Source: the human T2T-CHM13v2.0 reference genome, Homo sapiens
DNA: 64,000 nt
NCBI RefSeq assembly: GCF_009914755.1
Contig: NC_060926.1
Direction: 5' to 3' (one strand)
The translations under genes and the position numbers were made by a program. This document shows positions 17,401 through 31,996 of the stretch, one piece after another. The notes under the pieces are model-generated. The model was not told the DNA's origin. It was given only the letters and a program-made list of their open reading frames with translations, and ran no database searches. Within the stretch, counting starts at the first letter, position 1; the number at the start of each line of letters is the position of its first letter.

Positions 17401-18424
17401 ATTCATTCATTGGTTCAAAATGAAATGAATCATGGTTCAAAGAAAAAAACAAGATCAAGATTCCCCCAAAAGGCAGATGTGATCAGTGTGATTATTTTAT
17501 TCTGCTAAACAAAAACAGAATTATATTCCACACATTGCAACTAATGTCCTAATCGAGGGGAAATTGCTTGATCATGATGAAACTTCATGTTTCGTAAAGG
17601 TTCTCATATACAGTCAGCATAATTTATGAGAATTAATTCGTGATGGCTCTAGAATTCTTTGAACCCCTCAGTTACCGTAAATACGAAGTATCATTAAAGA
17701 GAAATGCTGTCTCCTCTAATCTCTTCTCTTTGTGTTCTCTTCTCCTTAGGAGGCACACATAGAATCGAATAGTGCAAAGCTCTCTTGAGTCAAGAAGACC
17801 TGGACTCAAAGTCGGCTTCCTCTGTGTACTTACCCTGGGCCACCCCTCTGAGCTCTGATTTGCTCGTCTGTAAATTTGAGATAATGTATTATTATCCCAA
17901 AAGCTATGTATTACACCTTGCTGGGTTCTTTATAGGTTGAGTAAAATATTGTATGAGATAGTGTCAACCACGTAAGAACCATCCAATAAATATTCATTTC
18001 CTTCTTCTGACTTTTTATTAAGTACTTCAACAACCTTCCTTCCTTCCTTCTCAAAGAACCTAGAATCTTCCACAGCATGATTTCATATTATTGTGTGCTC
18101 TTTCTTCTTGCTTCAAGGGATCTTTGATAATCTGTTCAGATAATTATTCCATCTCCAATAATTATCTAAATAACCTTCATTCTCTTCTTCCTTCCTCTTC
18201 TGTATTTCAAATACATAGAATAGTAACCATTACCTTTATACCCCCACAAAATCTTAATATTTTCGCATATTTATCTCAGATATATCTTTTTTAAAACATC
18301 ATATAATAGAGTTGAAGCCTTCTATCTTGAAGTTGGAATACATCATTCCCAGGAGTGTTTTTAAGCTTTCATTACACATACATGGATGTATGCATGTTAC
18401 ATGTTACATGAAATTGTTTTGCAA

Positions 18425-18685
18425 CTCTGCCATCCAGGCTGGTTTGCAGTGGTGTGATCTCAGCTCACTGCAACCTCCACCCCCCAGGTTGAAGTGATCC
18501 TCCCACCTCAGCCTCCCAAGTCTGGGACCACAGATGTGTACCACCACGCCTGGCTAAGATTTTTTATTTTTGATAGAGATGGGGTTTCACCATGTTGCCC
18601 AGGCTGGTCTCGAATTCCTAAGCCCAAGCAATTCACCTGCCTCAATCTCCCAAAGTGCTGGGATTATAGGCATGAGCCACTGCAC
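18425..18685 (-). mobile_element. Alu (AluJ-like), no tail, within old antisense L1M sequence
   Basis: Antisense Alu motifs; diverged. Confidence 0.88.
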
Positions 18686-19560
18686 GTTTGCAAATTTTTT
18701 AAGTTAAAGAAAATATGTCATACTCCATGCAACATTCTACGACTTGTTTTGTTCATGCAGCATGGTTTTTGAGATTTATCCAAGTTGATTCATTTTAGTT
18801 TCTATATAAAATTCCATTGTATGAATATACAGCACTCCATTTGTCTATGCTCTCGTGGTGGACGTTTGTGTTCACATTTTCACTATTATCAACAATCTGA
18901 CAATGTTTTTAAACAATTCTCCTTATGTGCATATTTCAGCATTTCTCTAGGACGGCAGTTTGAAGACATTTTTGTCTCAGTACCTCTTCATCCTGCCGAC
19001 GTTTATTTAGGAACACAGTGAAATTTGTGTATGTGTGTTATAGCTATCAACACTTATCATAGTAGAGATTAAAACTGAGAAAATCTTAAAATATATGTTA
19101 ACTTATTTAAAAATCACTAATAAACCCACTATATGTTAATTACATTAAAGCTATGTATAGTCTTAAATTTCTAAAATATTGCCAAATTGTTCTCCAAAGT
19201 GATTGACTGAATCCATACTCCCATCAATAGTATATAAGCATTTCTATTTTTTTATGTCCTCTTCAACACTTGGTATAGTCAGGCTTGTTAATTGTGGCCA
19301 ATCTGATGGTTAGGAAATAGTGTCTCACTATTGTTCTAATTTCTACTTCCCTGCAACAACAAGGTCCTTTACTAACTCCTCTTAAATTACCAAGCTGGAA
19401 CATACTCAGGACCCTGATGTAGGATACTTTACTAAATTTTGTTTTAATGATTGTTTAGAACTCAGAACACATTATTATTACAATTAAACCTAGAGACACT
19501 ATAAATAGTGGTCACCATTCCAGACTAGCCCACAAACACTGAATTACCTTAAGGTGTAGA

Positions 19561-19903
19561 CTGGGGTCCCCAACCCCCAACCCCCAAGCCACGGACGGAT
19601 ACTGATCCGTGGGCTGTTAGGAACCAGGCCACACAGCAAGAGGCCACACAGCGCGGGCCAGCGAGCATTACTGCCTGAGCTCCGTCTCCTGTCAGATCAG
19701 TGGCAGCCTTAGAGTCTCATAAGAGCACATACCCTACTGTGAACTGTGCATGTGAGGGACCTGGGTTGCGCGTTCCTTATAAGAATCTAACTAATGCCCC
19801 GATATGAGGCAGAACAGTTTCATCCCGCAACCATCCCGCAGCCCCTGGAAAAATTATCTTCCATGAAATCGGTCCCTGGTGCCAAAACGGTTGGGGACCA
19901 CTG
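19561..19903. mobile_element. MER1B (hAT-Charlie non-autonomous DNA transposon)
   Basis: Terminal inverted repeats CTGGGGTCCCCAACC / GGTTGGGGACCACTG; ~340 bp. Confidence 0.88.
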
Positions 19904-20119
19904 CCATAGAGGGATGAGAGATCTCGAGACTAACAGCACAGCAGTCAGAGGAGGGCTGGCCTCAAACTCAAGACTGAGTCTCAGCTCCCACCCTGTCAGT
20001 ACTCATCAGTTACCTCTCTGAATCTATTTTCTCAACTATGAAATGGGGATAATAACATACATTCTCCCTCACAGGGCATTGCAAAGATAAAGTGAGATGT
20101 GAAAATCCATTAAAACTCT

Positions 20120-21400
20120 GTATGGTATATCCACACAATGGAGCACTATGCAGCTATAAAAAATAAGGAATATATCTGAACTGATATGGAATCATTTCTA
20201 CGGCATGTTGTTAAGCAAAATAATAATAATAATAAAAGAACAAAGGAGTACATATATTGGTATCTTTTGTGTATGAAAGACATACAGATATAGATGTTAG
20301 ACATATATATATATATATATATATTAGCTTATTTTTGTGAAAAGAATATCTCTTTGTATAGTATGGACTTCCAGAACCACATTAATGTTTACATACACCA
20401 AAATTAAATAAAATTAAATTAAACTATGTCAATAAGATGGAGGAGGGGAAGTCCTAAGATGTAACACAAACAGAAACAAATGAACTCAATGGTATTTAAA
20501 ATAGAGAGCGTGACTACAGTAAAAGGGAGGGGAACTAACACAAATAACTTTGTTTTTAAAAAATAAACTCACCCTGAGGAACTTTTTAACACAGTATTTC
20601 GACTACAAGGAAAAAGCCTATTGCAAGCAAATCTTGAACTGTATTTAAGTAGGGCTTATTTTAGCAGTGTTGTGGGCTAGCAATTCTAAACAACTTGCTA
20701 TGTATGTAGGAGTGAACAAATGAGTACACGTATTGATGACGTTGAGAAGGAAAATATTAATACATAATGGTAAAAGGCTAAGAAGAGCCTTGCGGTGTTG
20801 AATTGGAATTCATGGTTTCTAAATACTGTATAGATATAATTACATTTGTGAATATTTGTGTGTATTCTCTAGTTTTTTCTGCTGAAACGGCCTAGAAACA
20901 ATGATACCCAAAAGCAATAAACATGCCTAGCACCCAGATGTCAGATTCTATATACTGTTTCCCAGTAAAAAGAAGCAGCACTTCTCCAAAAAAAAAAAAA
21001 AAAAAAAAGCCAATTATAAGAGTGGGGCAGGGAAAATGTACTATGAGCCTGGAATGCTTTGTTATGCCATAACAAATAAAAAAGTACTCAAAAAAAAAAG
21101 GATACATTCAAAGGACATGGGGAACAGCTTGCAGAAGCTCTCACTGATCAAAGTCTGGGGAAACGTGAGCGTCAAGATCAATAATAATAATAATGGATTA
21201 TAACCCGTTGGGTAAAATAAGAATCCGTTAATCCACACTGATTAAACAAAAATAAGTACACAAGAGAATGGAAGAATGGAAAGATCTTCTAGTATAATTA
21301 ATAAGTTTAGAGAGAATGCTGAACTTGGTTGCCATTTTGCAACTATCATACCAATAATTGATTTAGGCAAGAATCATCAGTGAGTGCTCAAACTAGTTGT
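20120..21400 (+). mobile_element. L1MC/MD-like 3' fragment
   Basis: TGGTATATCCACACAATGGAG...CAGCTATAAA and an L1MC/D-type 3' UTR. Confidence 0.65.
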
Positions 21401-22469
21401 GGGTGTCTCACCACACACCACCACCTTTGAGAAAACACGTACGAGGAGCTACACAATCTAGGGTTCATCGCCTCAACTTGGTAAGGTGGCTACAATTGCG
21501 GTTATCCCCATTTTACAGTTTAGGACACTGAAATGTAGAGATGAAGCAACGAAGGCCACATGTTCTGGAGACAGGATTCAAATCGAGTTGACCACAGCCA
21601 GAGTTGTCTCTCTTCCCGCGTAGACTAGGGATCCTAGTGACTCCAGCTGCCAGGCAGCCTGGCTCTCTGGTGTCCCAAACTCTAGGGGGAAGAGATGTGT
21701 GGGTGAGAGTCCAACCTGTGGGATGGGGACACAGTGTGGCTTTGGGGGCCTGCATCACAAAAGCAGCTAGGCAGAGGCATGAGGTGTGATATGGTTGGGG
21801 CCACAGCTGTTCATGTAGGCCGGTGCACAGTTGTCTTATTCTACATCCATCTCTCCTCATTCCAGCTCAAGCCTCTCGCTTTTTCTTTAAAAGTAATGTT
21901 CGGGGAGGAGGATGTTACCTGAATTAGCCAGATATTCATCTCATCTCTTCGTTTCTTTTGGCCCACGTAAACACAGACCCAAAGTACTCCAGTCAGCGGA
22001 AATCTTGTAGATCTTGCTTGCAAAAGTGGCCGCTAAGACCAGGGCTGAGCCCTTGCATTATCTGTGCATATCAGGGCCTATTTACAAAGGGCCTCCGAGT
22101 CAGCTGTTGGATGTTATCTCTGACTAGGTTATATAAATAGCTACGAGATGCACTGACAGGATTAAAAGAAGTTTTCCATCACGCCACTTCTGTTGTTAAG
22201 TGCAAACATTTAAAGTCTACTACCATTTTTATAATCATGTTTCCCAACTATAACTATTTAATTAATTTATTTATTTGTGGTACATCAGGAACCTCAAAAA
22301 ATGGATGTGATTCAGGGACTCTGTCTCTCTCTGGGAAGTCCCTATTTGTATGTGTGTTTCCTGCTTTTGAGTGTGATTCCTTTGAGGTTACATGAGGTCA
22401 CATGACGGTCAATAGATCTTGTTGAATAAAATAAAGATGCTGTTAATTTCTCAATCAACAGAGCACCAG

Positions 22470-22922
22470 TTTTATTTTATTTTATTAACTTTTACTTTAG
22501 ATTCAGGGAGTAAACATGCAGGTTTGTTACATGGGTATGTTGTGTGATGCTGAGGTTTGGACCACGATTGAACTTGTCACCCAGGTAGTGAATATAGTAC
22601 CCAACCAGTAGTTTTGAAACCCCTGCCTCCTCTCCCACCCCTCTTACATTCCCCAGTGTCCATGGATCCCATCTTTATGTCCATGTGCACCCAAGGTTTA
22701 GCTCCCACTTCTAAGTGAGAACATGTGGTATTTGGTTTTCTGTTTCTGCATTAGTTTGCTTAGGATAATCGCCTCCAGCTTGCATCCATGGTGCTGCAAA
22801 GGACGTGATTTTGATCTTTTTTATGACTGCGTAGTATTTCATGGTGTATATGTACCACACTTTATTTATTCAGTCCATCACTGATGGCCACGTGGGTTGA
22901 TTCCATGTCTTTGCTATTGCAA
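22470..22922 (-). mobile_element. Old L1PA/L1PB 3' end
   Basis: T-rich tail, CATGCAGGTTTGTTACATGGGT and AAGTGAGAACATGTGGTATTTGG. Confidence 0.88.
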
Positions 22923-23394
22923 ATCACCAATTTTCTTTTTTCCTGGTTTCGAAATTATCTTATTGCTTCACGTGCTACCTTATTTACCTGAATTTAAACC
23001 GGTAGTTTTATTCAGAGACTGCTTATTTAAATGGTATTATAAGTATCGAGTTAAATATCAAAAGCAATTATTAAATATTCTGTTAACAGAATGCTCCTTG
23101 TTCCTACTGAGTAGTTTTATGTTTTTCTGTTGGAAAAAAAATTAAAGGAATGTCATCTCAGAGAGTGAAACAATCCATCACAGTAATTAACACAGGAGGG
23201 TAGGCACACATGGAATAATCATACCCTGGAGTTCAATGTAGGAGAAGGACAGTGTGGCATTCCAGGTGATGATTGCACACCATAAGGACTACCCATCCCT
23301 CTGATGCCACATTAAGTCAACACGTCTGAAATTTCTAAAATATTCAGTATTACAGGATGAAATTTGGACAAATCCATAAGATCTGTGCACTTCT

Positions 23395-23398
23395 GTAT

Positions 23399-23437
<39 letters not shown>

Positions 23438-23719
23438 TTTTTTGTGATGGAGTCTCACTCTGCCGCCTAGGCTGAAGTGCAGTGGCGCAATCTCAGCTCA
23501 CTGCAACTTCTGCCTCCCGGGTTCAAGCAATTCTCTGCCTCAGCCTCCCGAGTAGCTGGGATTACAGGTGCCCACCACCATGCCTGGCTAATTCTTGTAT
23601 TTTTAGTAGAGATGGGGTTTCACCATCTTGGCCAGGCTGGTCTTGAACTCCTGACCTCATGATCCACCCACCTCAGCCTCCCAAAGTGCTGGGATTACAG
23701 GGAGCCACGGCGCCCAGCC
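23395..23719 (-). mobile_element. Alu (AluS-like)
   Basis: Antisense dimer with (TTTA)n tail; TSD GCACTTCT(G/A)TA. Confidence 0.95.
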
Positions 23720-23974
23720 GCACTTCTATAATTTTAAATGTATTTGCTATCAACTGTCCGCATCCCAGCAACTCCCAAATACTTACATTTTATCGGGTGC
23801 TGAGGAGAAATTAAACCAAATTAGATGTGTTTTCACTCTTTCCCCTAAGCTTGAATATATAGACATAGTATCAACAATGTCCCCTTTGTAGCAAATTATT
23901 GCTTTTATCTTTTTATTACTAGGCAACAAATTATTTACTTAATTAGGAGGTAAGTTAGAAACCCAAAAAGCATC

Positions 23975-24244
23975 CTTTTTTTGAGACAGGATCTTGCTCT
24001 GTGTCACCATTACGGCTCACTGGAGCTTCGACTGCCCAGGCTCAGGCGATCCTCCCGCCTCAGCCTCCCAAGTACCTGGGACCACAGGCGTGCACCACCA
24101 CACTCAGCTAATTTCTGTGTTTTTTGTAGAGACGGGGTTTCACCTGGTTACCCAGGCTGGTCTCAAACTCCCCGACTCAAGCAATCCACCCGTCTCAGCC
24201 TCCCAAAATGCTGGGATTACAGACGTAAGCCACTGCACCTGGCC
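23975..24244 (-). mobile_element. Alu (AluJ-like)
   Basis: Antisense dimer; flanking CCAAAAAGC/CCAAAAGTC. Confidence 0.92.
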
Positions 24245-27199
24245 CCAAAAGTCACCTTTAAAATAAAAATTTTAGAAGCACTTTTTGAGATCTGTAATAT
24301 ACCAGGTACATTTTTAATGAAAACCTTATGAAGTAAAATTCCCATTTTACAGAAGAGGAAAATGACATTCAGTGAAATTATTTACAGAGTTTTATAGTGA
24401 ATAAATGACAGAAGTGGCATTTAAACCCAAGTCATTTTGCATTTCCTATGACATTGCCCTTCAGAGCTTTCTCTCACTCCCCACCCCTCCAGATGCCTTC
24501 CCAGATGGCAGCATGTTGACAGACATTGCTTCTGTGACTCCCCAGAGCCCCAGAGAGAAAGATGGAGATGACATTATGCATCGGGGGTTCCAGAAGCAGA
24601 GTGTGGGAACTATGAAGTATCTTCTCTGTTTCTCTGAAAGTTCTCACCTGGGTTAGAAGCTGATTTTCCTTAGAGCCCGGTTTGCTTCCTGGTATGCAGT
24701 GAGCTTAGTTGGGCTGATGTTGTCTGTAGGTGAGGCCTCCCACTGGTGGGGTAAGTTTATTTCAGAGGAATGATAGCATTTCCTCTTGCCACAAACCTAG
24801 GTCACACCCTCATTCTGGTTTTTTGCAGCATTCAAGTTGTTATCTCCATCAGGCTGGGTTCTGTGTCTGTATCTCAGCTGAACTCAAATTCTAGAAGAAA
24901 GCATATTCTGGAGCAAGCTGTGTATCTATCCCCTCTAAAGTATCAACAGGTGTGGGGCTTTGCTGGTTTCACAGAACACGTGCAACTGAAGACTGGACTC
25001 TTGAATGCTCTCCCTCTCTGTCAGCTCAGTACTTTCTCACCATCGGTCACCTGAAGACCAAGTTCCAAACACTCTGGGCTCTGCACAAGGCTCCATGTGA
25101 CCTGTTTGTGCCGCAGTCAGCTATGAGGCCTGCAAGGGCGGATCCCTTTGTGTATCCGTGTTGCCAGTACCTGGCACTTGCAATGTGCTCAATAAACATG
25201 GATTTAGTGAATGAGTGTAAGGGTTAGCTTCACTTCTCAGAGCAAAAGGGGAATCTCCTATTTGGGTGTAATTTTTGCAAGTGACCTGGCAGCAGTAGTG
25301 AATGAGAAAGTGTTTCTGCTTCTCCTTTAGAACACAAGCAAAACATGTGGTTTCTGAGCCCATGGATCTTATAATTTTATTCATACATAGAAAAAAAGCA
25401 ATAATGATTCATGAATGTGTAGGACAAATGCCAAATAAATTGGACAAACAGGAAAGGCCACAGATAATCCAAAGAAGAGTAATCACTGTGAAGGAGAGTT
25501 TTGAAATAAGTGGGTTTTGAAAGACAGCTGGGGTTTAAAAAGGGAACAAACAGTGAAGGTAAGACTGAAATGCGCAAAGCTGTGGTTGGTAGGGGAATGA
25601 GCCGGGTGGGTTTACAAATACAGAGGCCAGCAGGCTGGTCAGAGAAAGGTTTTAATTAAGAAGCAATAAGGAATAAGGTTCAGAAAGTGAATAAAGGCTG
25701 GGTTAGATAGAGCTCTGAACAGTTCTTAGGAGTCTAAACTTGGTTTTACAAGAAATGAGCATGCATGTTAGGATTATTTGGCTACATATAATAAACTCAA
25801 GCTAGCTTAAAAGGGAAAAGAAATTTTTTTAGAGAACTTGGAATATCTTTCACATAATAATTCCCTTATAAATAGTTGTTATATTGAATTAAACTCTTAG
25901 AATAACCCTCCTTTAAAATGTATGGAAAAATAAAGAGAAGAACAAAAGAAATGATGCAGAAAAAGAGGTTGGTTGCAACAATATTTATTAAACAGCCTTG
26001 AGTGCAGTAAAAGAAAAATTGAGATCATCCTAATTCAACAGTCTTTTGTCTCAGTCCTCATTCCTTGGGGTACCTTGATCAGTGCCAAAGGCATGTTTGT
26101 GATTGGGAGAAGAACTGGGTCTTCATGTCTGTGTTCTCTCTGTGCTCCTGCAACCAAGGACAAAGAGTTTCCTACTGAAGGAAAACATTTTCCCAGGAGC
26201 AGCTTTTTCATTTTCCTCTCCACTATGTTTTATTGTCAGCACACAAAATACCTTCATTGTGTCTTATTCTGCACAAAGCAGGACAAAGTCAGGCAATGTT
26301 ATTACTTTTAAAAACCAAGGGAGCCAACAATACACTATATGATGGATAGTCATCGTTTTTATAGTGAATTTTCTTCAGTTGTACATCTCAATCTTATTTT
26401 GAGAATTAATTCAGAGGGTGAACTCCACTCAGTCTGTGAATATTAGAATAAGCAGCTGTAAAAGCATAAAATGTTTAAAAAGCTGGGGGTATAAGTCAGA
26501 CAAAACCAACATTACTTTATTTGTTCAAAGAAGATACAAAAAAAAAACATTAAAAGGGACATGGAGATTAGAGAGAGAAGCAGTTTGGGAAACATGAATG
26601 AGCAAATTTTCTCACATTTTTTCCACTAAAAAACAATCATGAACTTGCATAATTTTATGGGAAGAAAAAATGGAACATTGAGCTGCAATGACTTATTTCA
26701 ATTTAATTTACACTATTCTAATTTTACTTCCAATCCTTTCATGTACATCTATAAAATCTACATTATCATATATAAGGGACACCTAAGATGTTGTCTTCTG
26801 GTTTTTTTTTTCATTTTTAAATTTTATATAACCATGTCTATCTTTGACATTAGTTAGCACATTTGTCATTTTAATGTCCCCATAACATCCTTAGGATGGT
26901 GACATAACCCCTATGTACTTGGGAGTTGGAAGGTGAGTTCGGAGGATTTAATAGTTACAAGGCTTTTCCCCAACTGTAAATTGACTTGGTGTATGTACAA
27001 GTTCAGCAAAGTAAAGCACTGTAAAGGAATAGCCAGTAAAGTCCTTACATGAAAGATTGTTATGAGTATTTTCAGTAAAGTCATAGTATCTTCTGCTTGT
27101 AAGTTGTTTTTCACCATAAAAAAAAAAAAAACCTATGGGGACAAGACAATAATTCATTAAATAGTGCTGGAAGAAACAGAGTGAAGAAACATGTGTGCC

Positions 27200-28116
<917 letters not shown>

Positions 28117-28299
28117 TTAGTGATTGTGCTTACTTTTTGACGTAAATATTTAACTATGAATTTCTCTAATACAGTGTACAGTTATTTCAAAATTTTAACC
28201 CTGCATTCACTTTGTCATTGTTTTTCTACTTTTTTACAAAAAAATAGTAATCACTATCTTTCCAAGTTATTTAAATTTATTAAAAATTTATCACTTTCA

Positions 28300-28545
28300 C
28301 CGAGGTGGGAAGATCACTTGAGCTCAGGAGTTCAAGACCAGCCTGGGCAACATGGTGAAACTCTGTCTCTACCAACCCCATCTCTACCAAAAATATTTTT
28401 AAAAAGTTAGCTAGGCATGGTGGTGCAGGCCTATATTCCTGGTTACTCAACAGGCAGAAGTAGGAGGATGGTCTGAGCCCAGGAGGTGGAGGTTGCAGTG
28501 AGTGGAGATCACACGATTGCCCTCCAGCCTGGGCAACCCTGTCTC

Positions 28546-28572
<27 letters not shown>
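28300..28572 (+). mobile_element. Alu (AluJ-like), 5'-truncated
   Basis: Alu motifs and long A tail. Confidence 0.9.
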
Positions 28573-28608
<36 letters not shown>

Positions 28609-28631
28609 TTTATATATATATATTTATATAT
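28572..28631. repeat. (TA)n microsatellite grown from the Alu tail
   Basis: Read directly. Confidence 0.95.
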
Positions 28632-29775
28632 CACTTTCTTTGCTCATCTTTGCTTCTTATAGCCCGTCTCATCTCTCAGAAGTTGTGTTTCTACTATGGT
28701 GTTATATTCTCATATTACTTGTTGTAGAGTTGTATAGTCTGAAAAATGTCCTAATTGTAAGCCCAGTTAAGAATGGTTATATAACTAGGTATAAAATTGA
28801 AAGTGAACACTTTTTGATACCTTAGTAATTCTCTGGTAACTTCTCAGGTTTTTCTCTTTATCCTGAATATCCTACACTTTTGCTCTTGTGTGTTTAGAAA
28901 TGAATTTGTTTTTAATTAGCCTGCAAATTATTCAGAGTGTACTTTTAATCCGAGGTTGTGCTTATTTCTTCATTTTAGAAAATTTTCAGCCACTGTTGTT
29001 TTATTTATTTCTTCTCTGCTGGTTCTTCAAAATTCTTCTTTGGGAACTCATATGAGACATGTATTTTAGCTTGTCAGTTTATCCTCCATGGTTATTGTTA
29101 TTTCATATTTTTATGCCTTTGCCTCTTTGTGATTTATTCCAGGTGAACTCCTCTGTAATAACTGTCAATTCATGGAATTTTTTTTTGACAGTATCCCTCT
29201 AGAGTTTACTCTGTACGTTTAACTAAAAAATTCTCTTTCTCAGTTTTCCAATTAGCACTTTTAAAATAAGAACCTATTTCTTTATCATTTCTGCTAGCTT
29301 TTATTTAATAATTTTTAAGTATTTAAATATTAATGTTATTCCTTCAGTTATCTCTTTGTAGATGCTAAACATTTTAAGAGACTTCTTCTATTTCATAAAA
29401 TTAACTTCATATGATATGAAATTATGAGAGATATTTTCATTATTGATTTTGCTGGATAACTTTCTTGGCATTTCTCTCTGTGTTTTGGAATTTTGGTTTG
29501 CAGGCTCAGTTTAAATAGGAGTTTGTTGTCGTTGCTGCTGTAGTGGTTGTTATTAATGTGGTGAGGTTTTTAAAATCTCTTTCTCCCTTTATATTTTCTG
29601 TGCTGCTGTGATTTGGACTTTTATATTGTATTTTCTAATTGTATATCAAATATATAAGAACAAAAATATTTTTTAGACTTTTCTTTTCCTGCAGCTTTTA
29701 TAGTCTTTTTAAATTTTTTTTTCACTTTCTGGTATATTTTCTTCAAATTAGTTGTGTTTAAAATGATAGTTTCTG

Positions 29776-30092
29776 ACTGGGCACAGTGGCTCACACATGT
29801 AATCCCAACACTTCAGGAGGCAGAGGTGGGCGGATCACTTGAGGTCAGGAGTTCAAGACGAGCCTGGCCAACATGGTGAAACTCCATCTCTACTAAAAAC
29901 ACAAAAATTATCCGGGTGTGGTGGCGGGTGTAATCCCAGCTACTGGAAAGTCTGAGTCATGAGAATCGCTTGAACCCAGGAGGTGGAGGTTGCCGTGTGA
30001 TGAGATCACACCACTGCACTCTAGCCTGGGTGATACAGCGAGACTCAGTTTCAAAAAATAAAAAAAAAAATAAATAAATTAAAATAAAATAA
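29776..30092 (+). mobile_element. Alu (AluS-like)
   Basis: Full dimer; TSD AAAATGATAG. Confidence 0.95.
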
Positions 30093-30174
30093 AATGATAG
30101 CTTCTTTCCTTTCTTATGTTTATAGCTCTTATTTATTTTTACTCTTAAGTAGCTATGTCTAGCACTTATAATAC

Positions 30175-30810
30175 CGTATCAGCCATGGTCTAGTCAGAAA
30201 AACAGAAACCACAGAAAGAATTTAACACAAAGATTGCCTTTGGTTAAATTTTCATTGAAGGATGAAGAATGCAAAAAGATAACACTGAGGTAATATAGAG
30301 ATTACAACTGCAGGAAGAAGCTGGGGGAATAAAGGGAAGAGATTGGAGTAATTGGAACCTAGAAACTTGGAGGAGGATCTACAGAGTTGGGCTCCAGGCC
30401 TCTAAGTAAGGAGCATCATCATCAGCTGCTGCTATCTCAGGAGTCTGGGGAGAAGTTTTGCAGAGTGGGACCCAGAATTCTGAGGAGAGACGTAGGCTAT
30501 CTCTAAATGAGTGTGCTGAGGTTGGCTCTGCATGTATCAGGAAGAAAGCTGGAGATTGGACCAACCACTACTGCTGGAGTGAAAAGTCATTGCTAGGACA
30601 AACCAACAGGAAGAGCAAAACAGGAAGGACCGACTCCCTTCCCTCTGTTCCCACCTCCCAATCCCATGTAGTGCCTCTACTGATAGACCCTAACATGGAG
30701 CCATCTGGCAAAAAAGGGATGCTTTCTGCAGTCTCAGCCCCACCGTCACAGAGCAGGACAAGGAAAAGTAGGCTTAGAGCTGAGAGACAATGGCTTCATA
30801 ACTGGCACAA
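30175..30810 (-). mobile_element. Old MLT1-class LTR
   Basis: GTCTAGTCAGAAAAACAGAAACCAC near one end and ATAACTGGCACA at the other. Confidence 0.5.
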
Positions 30811-31028
30811 ACACTTACTAAAGAGGGTGATGATAGGCTACATCTCACCTTTGTTCCTATATTTAAAGAGGAGTGGTGCTAGTATTTTCCACTAAGTATA
30901 ATGCTGAGTTGGTTTTAAACATATATTCTTTAATGTAAAGAAATGAATACTTCATTCCTATTATTTTTATATACTTGTTTTTAGTCAAGAAGAGATTGAT
31001 TCTTGACATCTGTGAAAAGAATTATATG

Positions 31029-31335
31029 GGCCAGGTGGGTTGGCTTATGCCTGTAATCCCAGCCCTTTGGGGGCTGAGATGGGAAGATCTCTTGAGCCCA
31101 AGAATTCAAGATCAGCCTGGGCAACATGGTAAGACCTTGTCTCTACAAGAAAAAAAAAAAAAGGCTTTTTTTTTTTTAATTACAAAATTAGCTGCATGCC
31201 TGTAGTCCCAGCTACTTGGGAGGCTGAGACAAGAGGATTGCTTGAGCCTGGGAGTTCGAGGTTAGAGTGAGCTATGATCATGCCATGAACTCCAGCCTGG
31301 ACAACAGAGCAAGACCTCTACTCTAAAATAAACTA
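31029..31335 (+). mobile_element. Alu (AluJ-like)
   Basis: Dimer with expanded A/T linker. Confidence 0.92.
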
Positions 31336-31589
31336 AATCCAAATATTCAAACTCAAATCTGGAACAATTTGAGCAACAAAATAAATAATGGTAGCAATGA
31401 GTTATAACTCATAAAATAAATATCCATGAACCCATACTGATAAAAATAACTGAAACTTTTGACCAGCACTCTTCAAAAGTTTAATAAATAAATAAAATGA
31501 TGATATGTTTTATGTTAACATTATGAATTATATAGTTGATTTTGTAAGTATTATCTTAGTCATATATTCGAAGCAAACTCTTTGGGTCA

Positions 31590-31990
31590 TCCTTTAGCAG
31601 TAGGATGGAACTCTCCTTTGCAAAATTTGGTTTGGATGTTGAGACTGATGACACCACACACACTCCAAGAGGATATTGAGAGTTGTCACTCACATAATGA
31701 GGCTTTCTGGGAAGAGCAGGGCAGGCTCCCAGGCAGGTACAGCAATGGCTTGAGAGAGCAGGGAAAGGAGATTGGCTTGGTTTTTCATTGCGGTTCGAGG
31801 CTGAGCCAGAGGTGAGGATGCCCACGTATGGGCTGGGGCTTATGTTGTTTGAACTTGCTGCCGGTGCCAAATGAGGGAGCATGTGAGCTTTCTGATCAGC
31901 TTGCCCAGATGTGGGGCAGAATGGTGTGGGGCATGAAATGTACCAGCAGTCACACATCGGAAATGGAGTCAGACTATCATAGAAATCTTG
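31590..31990 (-). mobile_element. ERVL-class LTR (MER54/MER74-like)
   Basis: GAGACTGATGACACCACACAC...ACTCACATAATGAGGCTTTCTGGG motif. Confidence 0.5.
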
Positions 31991-31996
31991 CTTTGT

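Noticed and set aside
21919-22016. Minus-strand exon candidate ending CAG|GTAACA
   Set aside because: Weak acceptor, and its open frame is out of phase with the 17744-17676 candidate (the join gives an early stop)
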